Source: Moniliella sp. 'wahieum' (lineage: Eukaryota). From it: a DNA stretch of 64,000 bases. The stretch spans positions 1,178,001 through 1,242,000 of the forward strand of contig RSEE01000002.1 in assembly GCA_003971905.1 (NCBI GenBank). The letters run 5' to 3'. The notes under the pieces were generated by a model that was not told where the DNA came from, did not search any database, and saw nothing but the letters and a program-made list of their open reading frames with translations. The translations under genes and the position numbers were made by a program. Shown here piece by piece: positions 63,437-64,000 of this stretch (positions are counted from its first letter, which is position 1; every line of letters starts with the position of its first letter).

Positions 63437-64000
63437 CCATCTAGCCATGCTGCTCTTCACCCCTCCCCCTCCGCATCCCTCCCTGCCCGCGCGGCCCCCG
63501 CCCCGTATCCTCTTTTTTGCTTCTTGCACACCCGTCGAACGTTGACCTTGAACGTTGACTTTACTCTCCCTCGCCTGGGTCCATCCCCCTCCTGCTCTGT
63601 TCCAGCCGTACATACTGTCTGTGTCCTCTTTGCCTCTTGATGTGGCTCCTGCTTGACCCCACTCATGCCCTATCCCATTGCTGCCGAGACGCTTCAGGCG
63701 GGCTGCACAGCGGGCTCAAGTGACTATACCTAGTCGCATCGTACTCGTACTGCCTTCATAGAGAGGGGCTGCTGGCCTGCCGGCGCAGCATGCATGCAGC
63801 TTTCCCATCCTCTCTCCCCCTCCCCCTGTTATTTGTCCTTGGTTTCGTTTCCCTTCTGCCTATGGAGAAGATCGAATGCGATGCCCATATGGCCCACGTA
63901 TTCCAGCTGTGATGGCTTTCTAAAAACGCGTGGTCTTGCCCAGGATGGCGGCGATAGGAGAACATGGACCCAGACAAAGGCAACCCGGTATAGCAAGTAT

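Noticed and set aside
62019..63613. Long Gly/Arg-rich minus-strand ORFs (473 aa, 271 aa)
   Set aside because: They arise from very high GC content and C-runs, overlap the better-supported plus-strand gene and show no domain signal.

Overview
Eukaryotic genomic DNA from a fungus, very probably a basidiomycete (inferred from GTACGT/GTGCGT...CTRAC...YAG introns and low intron density). Almost every gene carries several apparent 1-nt indels, which points to uncorrected long-read errors rather than pseudogenes, so the gene models are stitched across frames and their ends are approximate. The left ~45 kb is gene-sparse. It holds the UBA1 3' part, two C2H2 transcription factors, an HSL-type alpha/beta hydrolase, G6PD, a SUR7/PalI protein, an FKS beta-1,3-glucan synthase with an atypical echinocandin hot spot 1, decayed copia and probable gypsy remnants, a secreted Ser/Gly-rich protein with a lytic-transglycosylase-like motif, and a divergent RIB5/WHI5-like pair. 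The right ~19 kb is a dense GC-rich housekeeping block: QCR7, intron-containing tRNA-Arg(ACG), PAT1, profilin, NDUFV1, MetAP1, a CoA Nudix hydrolase, uL1, BNA1, SAM synthetase and a YABBY/HMG-like protein. The most striking unexplained signal is a pervasive intergenic grammar of 7-bp-period arrays, (T-N-A + palindromic tetramer)n. By eye, all 12 G/C-containing palindromic tetramers are used as cores, and cores switch within an array while the 7-bp phase is kept.
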